A DNA stretch of 63,061 nucleotides, counting the filler, from Welwitschia mirabilis (taxonomy: Eukaryota): NCBI GenBank assembly GCA_051453625.1. It is 7 parts of one record of this genome, joined end to end, with 100 filler letters (N's around TTAATTAATTAA, not from the genome) between each part and the next. Parts side by side here need not be neighbours in the genome. Positions count along the whole stretch, not along the records: positions 1 to 28,737 come from JBOZIK010000001.1; 6 more parts are not named here. One strand, written 5' to 3'. A program made the position numbers and the translations under genes. How positions within the stretch are numbered: position 1 is the stretch's first letter; the number at the start of each line of letters is the position of its first letter. This document shows, one piece after another, positions 1-13,449 of the stretch. The notes under the pieces were generated by a model, which saw nothing but the letters and a program-made list of their open reading frames with translations, made no database searches and was not told the origin of the DNA.

Positions 1-1149
1 TCTTAAATAATCCAAGACCTTTTCACTATTAAAAAAAAAAGCATCTTTCTTTAAACTGAAGTACATGAATGTGTGAATGTTCTAAGATTGGGTGAATCTA
101 GTCTTACCACCAAAATGCCGAAGTCAAAAGACTAGTCATGAAGATAAATACATAAGTCAAGTTTGAAAAATGATTAAGTAATACCATAATAACCTTTAAA
201 GGAAAAAAGCTAAGAGAAAATTCAAGCATTTTGCTTATCAAATTCTAAATTTTACCCATTTACTTCTTGAAATTCTTAAGTACCCAACTCAGCAATTCTA
301 ACAAATCCATAAAAATGTATTTTTTCAAAATAATAAAAAATGATTATTTTATTGACTATCATCCTACTCATCATTTAGATGATATATAGAACAATAGAGG
401 CAGAGAAATAAAAAATTTATTAGAAAATACAAAAAATTATTAGAAAGCTAGAAAACTAATAAAATGGATTGTCATCCTTTCTATCATGGGAATGATAAAG
501 GAGATGACATATTATTATTACAGAAATAAAAATAAAAAACTATAGACAGAAATAAAAACTAAAAATAGGAAAATGAAATCAGAGACTATTAAAAAGAAAG
601 ATGAAAAGAAAATTCCAAGAAAAGAAAATTTTATTTAATTCCTAAATCTAAAAAACCATTTTATTAAAAAGAAACAAGGGAAAATTGAGAATCTATTTTG
701 CTCTCAAGATTTCTAGAGAAATAAGATCCAAACAAAAAATTTACCAATTAATAAAACAAAAAGGGTATACAATTATTTCCAAGTAAAATCAATTGGATGA
801 ATATAGGAGTAATGGATAATACTCTATGATACCACAATAAATTATAAATTTTAAAGGTTAAAAGGAAGAGAAATGGTAACTCCAGTAAAATATTTTCATT
901 AAATGTAAGTGTTTTAGTTTGATCATCACAAAGAAGATTATTTTTAAGTCCATTAAAACATTTTTCTCATTTAAATTCAAACTATGATTTTTAATTTTTG
1001 GCTTATGTAATAGACAATATCCCTCATAATATTTCTTAGAAATTTGGACTTGTTTACACTCTAAAGGTTGTATATCTTGTTCACTTTTAAGTTGGTCATT
1101 ACAAAGTACATACTCATGTGATTTAATATCTCTTTATTTAAGTGGGTAA

Positions 1150-3453
1150 TGTTGTAGAAATAAATTTTTTTTGATGTTATCTTCAATATTCATTTCATCA
1201 CCTAAGTCTTTCTTAGCTATAACAAAGACTCTAATTGTAAACATTCTATTTACAAAATGACATTTCATTATTATAGCTCTTATATCAATGATGCAGTGGG
1301 CTATTATACAAAAGGATCTTCCTAGAAGTAAAGGGTATCCTCTGTTACGATTAACTTCTATGATAATTACATCTATAAGATAGCAAGACTCTTCTATTTA
1401 TATTTCCAAATCTTTAATGATGCCTAATGGTTTCTTAATTAAAGTTTTTACTAATTCTAAGACAACTAGAGTAGGCTCTATTCTATCCTCCAAATTAAAT
1501 ATCTTACAAATGTGAAGTAACATAATGTTAACACTCACTCTAATGTCTATTAAGGATTTTCTAATATTTTTGTTTCCCTCTAAAGTAACATTCATTATAA
1601 CTACTCCTAGATCTTTAAATTTGAATGATTTTTGTAAAACTAAGTTCATGAGGGATTGAGTTAGAAAATGTTTGCTAGGGATAACTTGTTTTTATTTTCT
1701 TCTTATTAAGTCTTTTCATAATTTTGAGTACCCTAGATTTTGTTGCAAAATTTTCCAAAAAGGTAAGTTTATAATCACATTTTTCATCAAGGCTTTCAAA
1801 TTTTCATTGAAAGTTGAGTTGTTGTTAAGCCTACCAAGCAAGGTGTTTTATTTAGAAGGATTTTTCTTTTTTATTTTTCTAAGAGAAGGGAAGTTATAAT
1901 CTTTTAATATTTTAATGTTTTCTTACTCTTCTTCTTTATCATTTCTAAAGTTATTTTGGAAGTAAAAGGTTCATTTAGAGAAGGGTTTGCTTTTTGTCCA
2001 CTTCTTGTTACAACCTTATAATCTTTGCTTAGTTTATGTGGGTTTGTTAAAGGTTGCATAGCTAATGTTTTTGGAGGTTTTTGATTTCCTAGCATTGTTT
2101 GTTGAAAGATGTTTATCATGTTTTCCATATTATTATTTATTCTTCTAAGTTTATCCATAAGATTTATGAGTTGATCATTTGGATATTAAAGGTTTGATGA
2201 TCTTGGTTATGTGTTTAAATTTTTAAATCGGTTTCTAAAAGGTCAAGAATTATTATAGAAATGAGTGCTTAACTTAGATTATACCTGATTTTGATTTCTA
2301 AAATTTTGAAATGGTTGGTTGAAAGAACAAATCTTTCACACATACTTTTTTTAATATTGGCAAAAGAGGATAGTTTTTGATAACATGATAATTATGCTCA
2401 TATAAATCACAAGTTTGCATAACATTTCTTTTAGTTGTGGATTTAACATCTAAGATTATTTTTGCATACTTTTATAAGATTATTATAAAATATCTTATAG
2501 AATTTTTAAGATTGGATTCTATCTCTTTTTATTATTTAATCTCTTTTAAGTCTCTGATGAGTTGGCCTACAGTTGAATTTTCTTTAGGAGTTGACCAAGT
2601 TTGACTAACCTCCATAAGTTCTTTTAATTTTTTTCTAGGCATCATCTAATGTAAGGTTCAGGAGATTTCCTCCACAAGAAAAATCTACAAGTTGTTTTGT
2701 ATGTGGAGTTAGTCCATAAANNNNNNNNNNNNNNNNNNNNNNNNNNNNNNNNNNNNNNNNNNNNNNNNNNNNNNNNNNNNNNNNNNNNNNNNNNNNNNNN
2801 NNNNNNNNNNNNNNNNNNNNNNNNNNNNNNNNNNNNNNNNNNNNNNNNNNNNNNNNNNNNNNNNNNNNNNCACTCATAACCTTTTTACAAAGTCTCCTAG
2901 ACTTGATCTCATACTTTTAAGCTTTTGTGAGGTATATATTTTAGCTTATTTTTTACTCTACCCTTTAATGTCATGGGAAAAATTACCATACATGTTTTAT
3001 TAGTTATTTTTTCTTCTCTTTTTTCAAGGTGAAGATTAATTATTCTATGTTTGCTATGTGTTTAATAGGATCCTCATCATCTTCTCCACTAAAAATTAGG
3101 TAGGCATTCAAATTTTTAAGCTCAACATCATCTCCTAAGGATAGATTAAATGGGATTGGAATATCTCATTCATTGTTGGCTAACAATTCTCTAAGGGTGA
3201 GGTTTGCATTAGGTTCAGAAGATCTTATGACTTGTTTTTGATTATAAGAGGTACTTGACATTGTGATTTGATTCTCTTCTTCTATGTGGTTTTTATTAAG
3301 AAAATCTAATTTAGAAAAAATAAATTCAAAAGTAGGATTGAGTGCATCTAGAGATTGATTTTCTGATTCATTTTCTATGTCCACTAGTCCTTCTTTAATG
3401 TTCTTTTCTATCAGTAATTTTTTTCTCTGATATCTTTTCTCAAGATTGACCAT
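1150..3453 (-). pseudogene. Degenerate gag-aspartic protease of element A
   Basis: ORF fragments 3166-3453, 2635-2877 (YGLTPHTKQLVDFSCGGNL, retrotransposon gag-like), 1904-2158 (VVTRSG) and 1398-1649 (KFKDLG..LID.RVSVNIM..KKPLGIIKDLEI). Many stops and an N gap. Confidence 0.75.
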
Positions 3454-4078
3454 ATTATAGTATCTTGTAAATAGTAAATAACAGAAAACAAGATCAAAGA
3501 TAAAAGACCATCATCCTATCTATCATAGGGATGACAGAAGAAACGACACACACAAAAATTAAAAAAAAATAAACAAAATAGAAACCAAAATAGCAATAGA
3601 AAAAAAGAAAAGAAAATAGGACTATCATCCTCTTAATCATCTAAATGGTAGAGGAGATAACAAAGACTAATTTTATTATAGAAAAATTAAAATTAAAAAA
3701 TAAAACTAAAAATAAAATGAAAAATTAAAATTGCACATTATCATCCTATCTATTATGGGGATGACAAAAAGGACAAGCACTATTTTTCTATAAAAATTCA
3801 AAACTTAAAACTAAAAATGAAAAAATGGAAAAAGAAAAAAAAATAAAACCAAGAAATAAAAAACCACAAAAAGAGAAAAAATCAAGAANNNNNNNNNNNN
3901 NNNNNNNNNNNNNNNNNNNNNNNNNNNNNNNNNNNNNNNNNNNNNNNNNNNNNNNNNNNNNNNNNNNNNNNNNNNNNNNNNNNNNNNNNNNNNNNNNNNN
4001 NNNNNNNNNNNNNNNNNNNNNNNNNNNNNNNNNNNNNNNNNNNNNNNNNNNNNNNNNNNNNNNNNNNNNNNNNNNNNN

Positions 4079-5153
4079 GTGATTAAGTTTAGAAAACGTA
4101 TGTCATTCATAAAATAAATAGATATCTTACATAATACAACACACTAGTATTAGTGGGAGTAGACTCAAAATATCACATTCTCATTAAAGACTATAATATG
4201 AGATTTAGATTTCTTTAAAAGATAATAATAAAAACTAAACATAAAAATTAATACAAGAAATAAAAGATACAATGCAAATGCAAGATATAACCTAATCTAA
4301 CATGCAATGCAAAATGGAATTAATACTACTTGTTTTTAACTTTAGTAAATGCTACACTTGATGATATATATCACCTAAAAACTTGTCACTAGATCAAGGA
4401 CAATCATAAACCATAAGAGTAATCTCAAAATATAACATGTAAATATAAAAATAAAACAAAGTTTTATATTAGGAATGAGCAACAAGCATCTTGATTATAA
4501 AATAGCTGGGTCTCAATAGAGAATACATAGCCCTCCACCAAGTGCACATCTTTCTACAATACTCAAAATAAATCTCTTACCCTTCAATCTCCTATTATGA
4601 GAATTTCTAATAAATCAAATACGAGGAGGAGAACCTAAGGGGGACTTATTTATAGAAAAATATAGCAAAAAAAGACAAACAAAAGGTATGGTAAGGCACA
4701 CTCATTTACAATTCAAAAATAGAAGAAATGGTCAAAGGTTAGTTGTTAGAGTTGGTTACATGACAATGTCATATTGACTATCATTCAAATAACAAGGGGA
4801 ATGACCGCTCATTATAAACGATAATTCAAAATGATGAATTAGTAGTAATTCGGTATTCAACATCAAAAACTTAGCAATATCATCATCCTACATGTCATGG
4901 AGATGAACAAGGAGACAACAGTTTTCTTTGATCATTTTCTTAAAGACAAATTTAGTTTTTTATCAATAATTCTTCTCAAAACTCTATGCATCAGAATTTA
5001 CCTTTAATACATCAAATTTGGGTAAGAATTGCACATTTTCAATATTTCCTATTAAATCTCTAAAATCTTTATAATTGCACTCAAACTTGTATAAAAGTCC
5101 TATAAAACAACTCATAAAGTTCCATAAAACAACTATAAATTAGCAGTGCAACA
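4079..5153 (-). repeat. 5' LTR of element A (3' end and PBS lie in the 3889-4078 gap)
   Basis: Matches the reverse complement of LTR 46538-47555 along its length; TG terminus at 5153. Confidence 0.8.
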
Positions 5154-5362
5154 TTCATCTTTTTAATAACAAGTTGACATCTAAAGGATTAGGTCCTTTT
5201 CTTGTAGAGAAAGTGTATTCTAATGGTTCTATTAAGATTTCATATTTAGAGACTAAGAAGATTTAGAAAGTTAATAGATAATGTTTGAAATTATATGAAT
5301 GATCTTTTGATGTAATTGTGAACATGGTACAAGCACTTGTTTTGGAGGTTTTCCTTGATTAG
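5154..5362 (+). pseudogene. Ty3/gypsy integrase C-terminal fragment
   Basis: Translates HLFNNKLTSKGLGPFLVEKVYSNGSIKIS..KVNR*CLKLY, matching the Athila 'KL.SRW.GPF..VNGQRLK.Y' motif. Confidence 0.8.
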
Positions 5363-5754
5363 AAGGACTTTTTCCCTATTATTTTCTGAGTTCTTTCTTA
5401 GCTTATTCTTTTGGTAGATGTTACAATATCACCTGATCATCTTTTAGACTTGACTTATGTGTTTTTTTATGAAGTTTTATATGACTAGTATTCATACTTA
5501 GGTATTTCATAGTGGTAAGATTGAATTCATTCAATCATGAGACATTTCCATATCTATGGAATTTAGCTTGAAAGAAGATGCATTAATTCTTGTGCTTTTT
5601 CTTCTAATGGTATAAGGTATTTAGTTGTTTGGGAGTGTTCTTTTCTATCTTTTATCTCACTTATTCATCTTCATCTTTTTGCGTATGTTATCATGTGGGA
5701 ATTTTTTATTAAAAAGACTAAGATAAAGAAGAAATAATAATCATGATCTATTGT

Positions 5755-7660
5755 ATTTTATGCTTAAAGAAAAATACATGGTCACTATGATGTTCTACCA
5801 CATTGGAGTAAACTTTTCTAAAAGAAACCTTTGGCAGTGTTGATAGCTATGGGAACTCCATTAGGAGCTTAGTTGGTCATGCTTCATGGGTTCTTACTCC
5901 TCTAATTATAGTTGCACTCCTCTAATCCTAGAAAAACTTATAATAAAAATTTGAGATTATGGGATTGGTGATAGTTCTAATGTCCTCAAAAGCTTGTTTA
6001 TTTCCTAGACTCTTAGTATTTCTACTTGATCATTTCACTTTTGAGGATTCGGGTGTGTTTGTGAGGTGATAATAGGTAAGTTCATTTCTAAGTAGCTTTT
6101 GATCTTAACATTCATTATTCTAAGTACTTAAATTTTTTATATCACTATAACCACTACCTTTTTAAGTGGAACTTTATGAAGTTTATACATTTGATCATGC
6201 ATTTTTACTTAGGTGCCTTTATAATGTCTCCCTTGGAAGTTTGCTAGGTTAGTACTTAGGATAGGTAAGCAATATTATTCTTGTTCCTTATGTCCATTTT
6301 AGTTCTATGTTTTTTTGGTTTTTAAGTTTGTTATTTCAAAGTCATTTATGCATTTTCTCATTCTTACATATGATCTTAACATTTAGTAGTTTCCTTGCTG
6401 TTCATTCATATTTATATTATTTTTAGTTAGCAAGAACATCTTTTTTGTTTCATAATTTCTATGAGTTTTCTTATATCTTTTGGTGTTCTAAGGTTTATCT
6501 TGTTTTACTTTTGTATTTGGGCATATTTACTTAGCTTTCATTGATAGGTTTCAGCCTATATAATGTATTTTCTTTAGCCATATTTTTTTATTATGATTTT
6601 TTCCTTTTTCTCTTGATTTTCATGGTTTTCTTTCTTGTTTTTTATGTGTTTCNNNNNNNNNNNNNNNNNNNNNNNNNNNNNNNNNNNNNNNNNNNNNNNN
6701 NNNNNNNNNNNNNNNNNNNNNNNNNNNNNNNNNNNNNNNNNNNNNNNNNNNNTTTATGATTAAAGAAAAATACATGGTCAATATGATGTTCTACCACACT
6801 GGAATAAATTTTTTCAAGAGAAACCTTTAACAGTGTTGATAGCTATGGGAATTCTAACGGGGATTAGTTGGTCATGCTTTGTGGGCCCTTACTCTTTTGA
6901 CTGTTGTTACACTCCCCTCATCATAGAAAAAGCTATAATAAACTTTGAAGCTATGGAATTAGTGGTTTTCCTAGTATCATCAAAAGCATGACTTATTTCT
7001 TTGACTCTTAATATCCCCACTTAGTTATTTTGCTTTTGAGGATTTGGGTGTGTTTGTGGGATAAGAGATAGTGAGTTCATTTCTAAATATCTTTTGATCT
7101 TGACATCCATTATTCTAAGCACTTAAGCTTTAGTATTATCATAATCACTACCATTTTGAGTGAAACTTTATGGATTTTATACATTTTATCATGCATTTTT
7201 ACTCAAGTGGTATTATGACATCTTTCTTAGAAGTTTTCTAAGTTAGTACTTAGGATAGGTAAGTAATATTTTTCTTATTTCTTATGTCCATTTTCATTAT
7301 GTTTTTCTTTGATTTCTAAGTTTGTTATTTAAAAGTTTTTTTCACATTATCTCATTCTTACATAGAACCTTATCATGTAGTAGTTTCCTTACTATTCTTT
7401 TATGTTGATATCATTTTTCAATTAACATTTGAATTCAAGAGAACATCTTTTCTGTTCCATAGTTGTCATGAGATTCCTTATAGCTTTTGGAGTTCTGAAC
7501 TTAATCTTATCTTTTTTTTTTTATTCAAGCACATTCACTTAGCTTTTATTAATAGGTTTTAGTTCAAATAGTCTATTTTATTTAGACATAGATTTTCTTT
7601 TCTTGTGAGTTGATTTTTCCTTTTGTTTTTCATGGTTTTCTTCCTTATTTTTTGTTTTTC
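5755..7660 (+). repeat. Two diverged ~0.9-1 kb direct copies in the 3' UTR, separated by an N gap
   Basis: 5755-6652 aligns with 6752-7660 (both begin ttttatg.ttaaagaaaaatacatggtca.tatgatgttctaccaca) with many transitions. Confidence 0.85.
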
Positions 7661-8559
7661 TGTGATTTTCTGATAAAATCTAATACTTGGATGATTATAT
7701 TTGAGCCTAATTTTGTTTGATGACATCTTTATTTTTTAAAATATTTTTAATATCCTATCATCCACCTAGTCATCCAGATGACACTGTAAGAATGATAGTC
7801 TAATTTTTCTTAAAAGTCATCTTAGGGCTATTGTCTAGATGACACGACTGAATGATAATGCAATATAACTATGGCATAAATTCTTTTTTCTTATTTTTCC
7901 TTATTACTTCATCATTTTTACCTATTCCTTTAAGGGAAAAATACTCCTCTAAACTATACTAGCATTTTGAATCTTGTCCCATCTAATTTCATGTATAGAT
8001 TTTTCAGATTTCATCAGATTTTCAAACATGAGATATGTTCCTCTCTCCTTCTTTTTTTTAATTATTTTCTCCTGTTTTTAAGCCTTTTAATATGTATTTT
8101 TCATGTGTATTGATTAATTTTTTGTGATTTCTTACATATTTAAATTTCACTATGTACTTTTCGAGTTATAAATAATTATGTGTTTTACAAGGTATTTTTA
8201 ATTTTTCAGCTTTCACACTCATTTTTTCAAAAATTGTAGTTAAAACATAGTGGTCCTTTCTGAAAAATTGATTAGTTTGATGTGTTATACGATTCTGCTA
8301 GGTTAGATTTTTCATTTAAGCACTTCAAATTTTGACCATATGTGGGGCCCACTTAAAACACAACTTTTTAATTTTTCACACATTTTGTATTTTTCTTCTT
8401 ATGTTTAGGCAATTCAAGATGTATTGTAGTTTTCATAGAGGGGCAAGACATATTTTTAACATTTTTTATAATTTTTATCAATTTTTTAGGGGTTATCATT
8501 ACACATCCATGCAATGTTTTTGATGTATTTTTTTTCTGCACAATGTTTTTGAGTATTCT

Positions 8560-9806
8560 CAATGGATTAGGCCTTGTATGCATAGAGCTAGATACGATGA
8601 GGCTGGGCCAAAGCCATAGAGTACCAGGTAGGTCTGATAGTATCATTAGAAATAAGTGCATGGAGCTAGCACATCCACCACCTCAGCATAATAGATCATT
8701 GATTATATAGACAGCTAGCATTTATGTTAAGAGATACTTTGGAGATTTTATGAGTTATATTAAGTTAGAGGTAGTTTAAAGGCTTCTAGCTTATGTAAAT
8801 AATAGATGCACATGGATCTTATTACATTTTAGAGATGAGGAAATTTTATGATCCCATGCATATTGAGAGACAACCAGATGCTTGTGGTTAGTTAGAAGAT
8901 ATGATAGTTGCATAGTAATTCTCACGTCCCATATTGTAGTTAGCATAGATTTTAGTGGATTTGGGAGCATGCATATTCACTTAGCTAGTGGAACTAAGGA
9001 GTGTAATTCATCTGCCACTATACTAGATATATCAGTGGATCTTACTATGAATAGATGGGGGATTCTTGTTACTCAGCTAACCCTCGCATTTAGAGTTTTT
9101 CATAGAGGAATGATTCATAACATTAACCCATCTGTTCATAATAGTCATGTAATGATATCACATTTATAGATTTTCATAGCATTTAGATAGGGAGAGTAGA
9201 TGGATCTTCCCACATTTATTTAGAGGAGACTCAAATCTATGTTTGAGGCACATCAACTATAAACTTTTGGTTACCCATGCTTCCTCTTATAACTTTTTAA
9301 ATAGTTTGGGATATTAAAGTCCATGGACTAGTAACACTTATTACATATTCAGACTTTAGCTTATTATCTGTAGGATATGAGCATACAAGTTCTAGGAGAA
9401 GTAGAAAGACCTTAGTTATAGAGACATGCAGCTACAACTATTCTTAAGCAGATACAGGTCCTCCTAATAGAGACTACTGAGAACATCAAGGGTTTTATAG
9501 ATAAAAGTATCTAGACAGTTAATCAGAGGATCTAGACATTATAATAGAGGCTACTATCTATTAATAGGAGAGTTTAGCACTCTGAGGACTAGATTATCGA
9601 CATGCACTAGCATATTATTTCTATCTAGTAGAGTATAACAATTGATATACTAGAGGATCTATGTATCTAGGATGATAAGATGTCAAATCTATTTCTACAT
9701 CTTTAGACCTTTATTTCCCTATTAATCCTAAGCATTCTACTTCTTCTTTTCTTGCACTTGAGCTAGCTATTGAGATTGAATTCATTATGCATCAATAAGG
9801 GGAGTG
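8560..9806 (+). pseudogene. Athila 'env-like' extra ORF remnant (putative plant transposon protein-like domain)
   Basis: ORF 8882-9169 read through stops gives RVFHRGMIHNINPSVHNSHV..GE*MDLPTFI..FGYPCFL, resembling the 'N.xPxxHxSxV..G..D..I..L.fP' pattern. Lies between the integrase and the PPT. Confidence 0.55.
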
Positions 9807-10318
9807 ATTTTATCTTATTTGGTATCTCCCCTTCTATGTATTTTTGTATTAAAAATCTCTAATTTTATATAGACATATAATTTTTTAGTCAACATGATGT
9901 ACTAATTTTTACCTAATTTTCATAACTATCTCTAATTTTCACATGTTATGATAATAATTAAATTTTATTTAGGCAATATTTTATCCATTACTATTTGATT
10001 TAATGGGGGGCTTTCTGATCACATTTACTAATTATCTATATAAAATATTTTTCTATTTTAAGTTCCTATTTTCAAAGACCTTTTTAAAATTTATCATCCC
10101 ATCCATCATCTGATGACAACCTAGATAACCATTTGACTAATCTTCAAAGTAGATGAAATGTTAAGTTTTCTAATTTTTTATAATCTAGTTTGTATCTCTA
10201 AGATTTTTAAAAACTTTTTTTGAGATAATTTCCTTAAGTACCTTAGTTGTTCTTATTATAAATAAGTTAGCTCATAAACATGATTTATTACTTGATTTTA
10301 TTAGTAACTAATAAGGTT

Positions 10319-10331
10319 AAGTAGGAGGCTA
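10319..10331 (+). other. Polypurine tract of element C
   Basis: AAGTAGGAGGCTA immediately before the LTR start; equivalent to the reverse complement of 28620-28632. Confidence 0.6.
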
Positions 10332-11797
10332 CATTGTGTTACTAATTTATGCATAATTGATAAGGTATTTTGAGTGATTTTATAGGATAATAGATAGGTA
10401 TATGCTCAATTTCCATAANNNNNNNNNNNNNNNNNNNNNNNNNNNNNNNNNNNNNNNNNNNNNNNNNNNNNNNNNNNNNNNNNNNNNNNNNNNNNNNNNN
10501 NNNNNNNNNNNNNNNNNNTTTATTTTGATCATTAAATTAGATTAATTGATTCTTCAGTTTATTAGAAATATTAGTGATATCTTTAATGATGCAAGTAAAT
10601 TCAGTGAGATTTTAAAGTAATTTATACGATTTATTAATTAAATTCATTTCTTTTTTTGAGGAGTTCATGATTAAATATCGAGAGTGATCTTATTTATCTT
10701 TGAATTATTCATGAGCCTACATACCATTAAGCTTATGAATTTAAAATACTAATTAGGGCTTAAAAATGAGTTGTTCTCTAGTATTACTATTGAGAAATAT
10801 TATTTGAGAAAGATTTCAAATGTTAGTATAAGTAAATTCCAAAAACCATGGGGTAAATTACATATACCTTTTCTTTTTTCCACTACAACCTACATTATTT
10901 AGTTTTTCAATCTTTCCAATGTTTATCTAGCTTTCTACTATCATCACGAATGCTATCTTTTACATGAGACAAGGTGCCTTATGGTGTATCTCTAATATCC
11001 TTGATTACATACTCACCCTTGCATGTATCTCTTTGTGGCATCAAGGATAGAAGGTACACTTGGTTTGTACTACACTCCCTAGTATGTAAAATTTGATCTA
11101 GTTTATTTTATTACATATGTATGATGTGATACTAGTTACATTAGTGCTTGGTTAGAATACATTTCCAGTTGGTTGACATGATAATGTAGCTAGAAAAACA
11201 CATTTCAATGATAAGAGTGAAGAGTCACTTGTGCTAAAAAATATAGTTTCATTATTCAAACAATTATTTTGCTTTTTATTATCCATGAATATGATGTTTT
11301 TATTTCTTATCTTTCAAGTAATTTGTTAATACAACATAGCAATGATCTATGAAGTTTAATAAATCTTTGGACTCTTTATTTTTTTCCTTTTGTTAGCTAT
11401 TCAATTATATTAAATACCAAGGAAGAAGTGTTCCAATTTGATGGAGTTCCATAAATGAAACTATATTAGCTTTTTGTAGTGCTTACAAAAGACTTATGTA
11501 TGGGATCTTAGTAGGTATTATTCTTTTTTATGTTTTAATTTATCTTTTTTATAATTTAGGAACTTGCATGTCAATTATGGAATGTAGTAACATTACTTTC
11601 AAAATTTTATCATGCTTAAAATTATCTTTTAAGTGTCTTCTTAAAGCCTATTAATTGGATGACTAGAATAACTAGCTTAACATAGGTTTTATGTGGGTTT
11701 ATCTTCTCTAAAGCATAGGTTATTCCCATATTAAACATAAATGCAAGAAGCCATTCTATGTAAGTGCCACATGGAACAACACTTGCATTAAGAAATA

Positions 11798-12919
11798 TGT
11801 TGTGTTGCCAACTTACACATATTTGATAGGGTATTTTACATGGTTTTATAGGATAATAGATAGGTATATGCTCAATTTCCATAATAATGAAGAGCTAAGA
11901 TGAAAAAAACAAAAATACACAATCTCCATAACATTTTATAGCATTTAGAGTAGTTCTTAATACTTCCCATTTCTAGATAAACTTCTTGCAAAACATTGAG
12001 TTTAATGCATTGGATGAACATTTGCAAAAGTGCATCATACATATAATCATTTGGATGATAGTATGAATGATAGAACAATTAATGCTAATGAAGATGCTGA
12101 ATGAGATTAATCTGGTAGATGACATGAATCATTTATGAGCTAGCATCATTTCCTATATTACCTGGATGACTAGATGAATGAAATTATTATAACATCTTAC
12201 TGGACATTTACCTAACTTTTACCACTTACTCATATGTTTCTTTTAGCCTAGCCATTAGAGTTATACCTGCACCTGTTTATCTGTCTTATTATGTGCTTTA
12301 TGTAAATAAGCATTAATTCCATTCTCAACTCCTAGTCTTTCTTTGCATAGAAAATTTTCATGAGAGGAGAATATTGAAGGCTAGAAGATCCATTCTTGTA
12401 GTTGTAGAGAGACGTTTTATTTTGTGTTGGATGATGCTTCCTCCATTGAGATGCAACTACTTTGTAACATGAATATGGTTTGAGTAATATAAAATAATTC
12501 ATTTTTGATTCTTATACACATTGTTATTAACCCTTTTTGATTCCTATGTATGTTTTTGTTAACCCTCATAGATTATGTCTTTTTGGATCTAATGATAATT
12601 TCTTGAGTGATATAGGTTATGAGGGAAACCTTTATTATGGTTGTGCATTATTAGTTTATGTGCATTATTATTTTTTTTTTTATATTAGCTTTTGATAAAT
12701 GTATTGCATTATACTTTTTATGCACTACAATTTATTTCTCTACTTAGAATACAAAGTGTTTCCTTATGGAAATCAACTCATTTGCTTTAGCTTAGGCCTT
12801 TGATGGATTATGACATTTTGGTTAACTTCCATTTATATTAGTGTATTGTGTTTGTGCATATATGTGTGATTGAACTATCCTACTAAGAATCTAACATTGC
12901 ATAAATAAGCACTACAATA
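11798..12919 (+). repeat. Isolated Athila-like LTR, no PBS after it and no matching TSD
   Basis: Starts TGTTGTGTTGCCAACTT and ends GCACTACAATA (family consensus GCACCACAACA); homologous to 52494-53411. Confidence 0.75.
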
Positions 12920-13449
12920 GTAGATCATGACCATCAATTAACCAACTAGATTTGGAATGCCTTATTTCAATTTTAGGCTACATAAAATATAAAACATGAT
13001 AAATGTAACTTGAAAGGGGTCTAGGTGCATTCTTCACATTCTAGGTTAACTTTATAATAATGTTCCAAAGGGGATATCATATAATGTTTTTTAAAGAAAT
13101 ATAATCAAGATTTATTTTTTAAAAAACTCTTATTGGGACTATTAGGAGTACCATTCAAGTCATTTCCTTCACAATCAATGATTTTTATAAATATATAAAG
13201 GCTTTAAAACAATAAGAAATTTGGGTTTTTAATTGAAAATAAGAGGTTAACATGCCAATATATCACCAAAAACTCTAGAAGTATTCAATATTTGCATTAT
13301 TTTCTTATAATGATAAAACCTTAAAACAAAACAAGTTATGGATCTTGAATAGGTCAAAATTTAAACACTTGAGAGAATTCAATGCCTTATTGAAATAAAA
13401 ATATGAAATGGAGGATAATGATTTGTTGATTTTGTATCTTTGAATATTT

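Larger units (their letters stand above)
1..5153 (-). mobile_element. Athila-like Ty3/gypsy element A (5' LTR, gag, protease, then 3' non-coding region; no RT/RH/INT); runs off the left edge of the window
   Basis: Minus-strand LTR start TGTTGCACTGCTAATTT at 5153. Gag start MVNLEKRYQRKKLL at 3453. Protease-like SLIDIRVSVNIM and PLLLGRSF motifs at about 1250-1560. Bases 40-200 match the post-integrase UTR of other copies (5420-5600 reverse complement, 19400-19560). Confidence 0.8.
5154..10418 (+). mobile_element. Athila-like element C, 3' half (integrase tail, long 3' UTR, env-like ORF, PPT, start of 3' LTR); interrupted at its left end by element A
   Basis: Integrase C-terminus at 5156-5300. 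Purine tract AAGTAGGAGGCTA at 10319-10331, followed by a degenerate LTR start at 10332. Confidence 0.75.
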
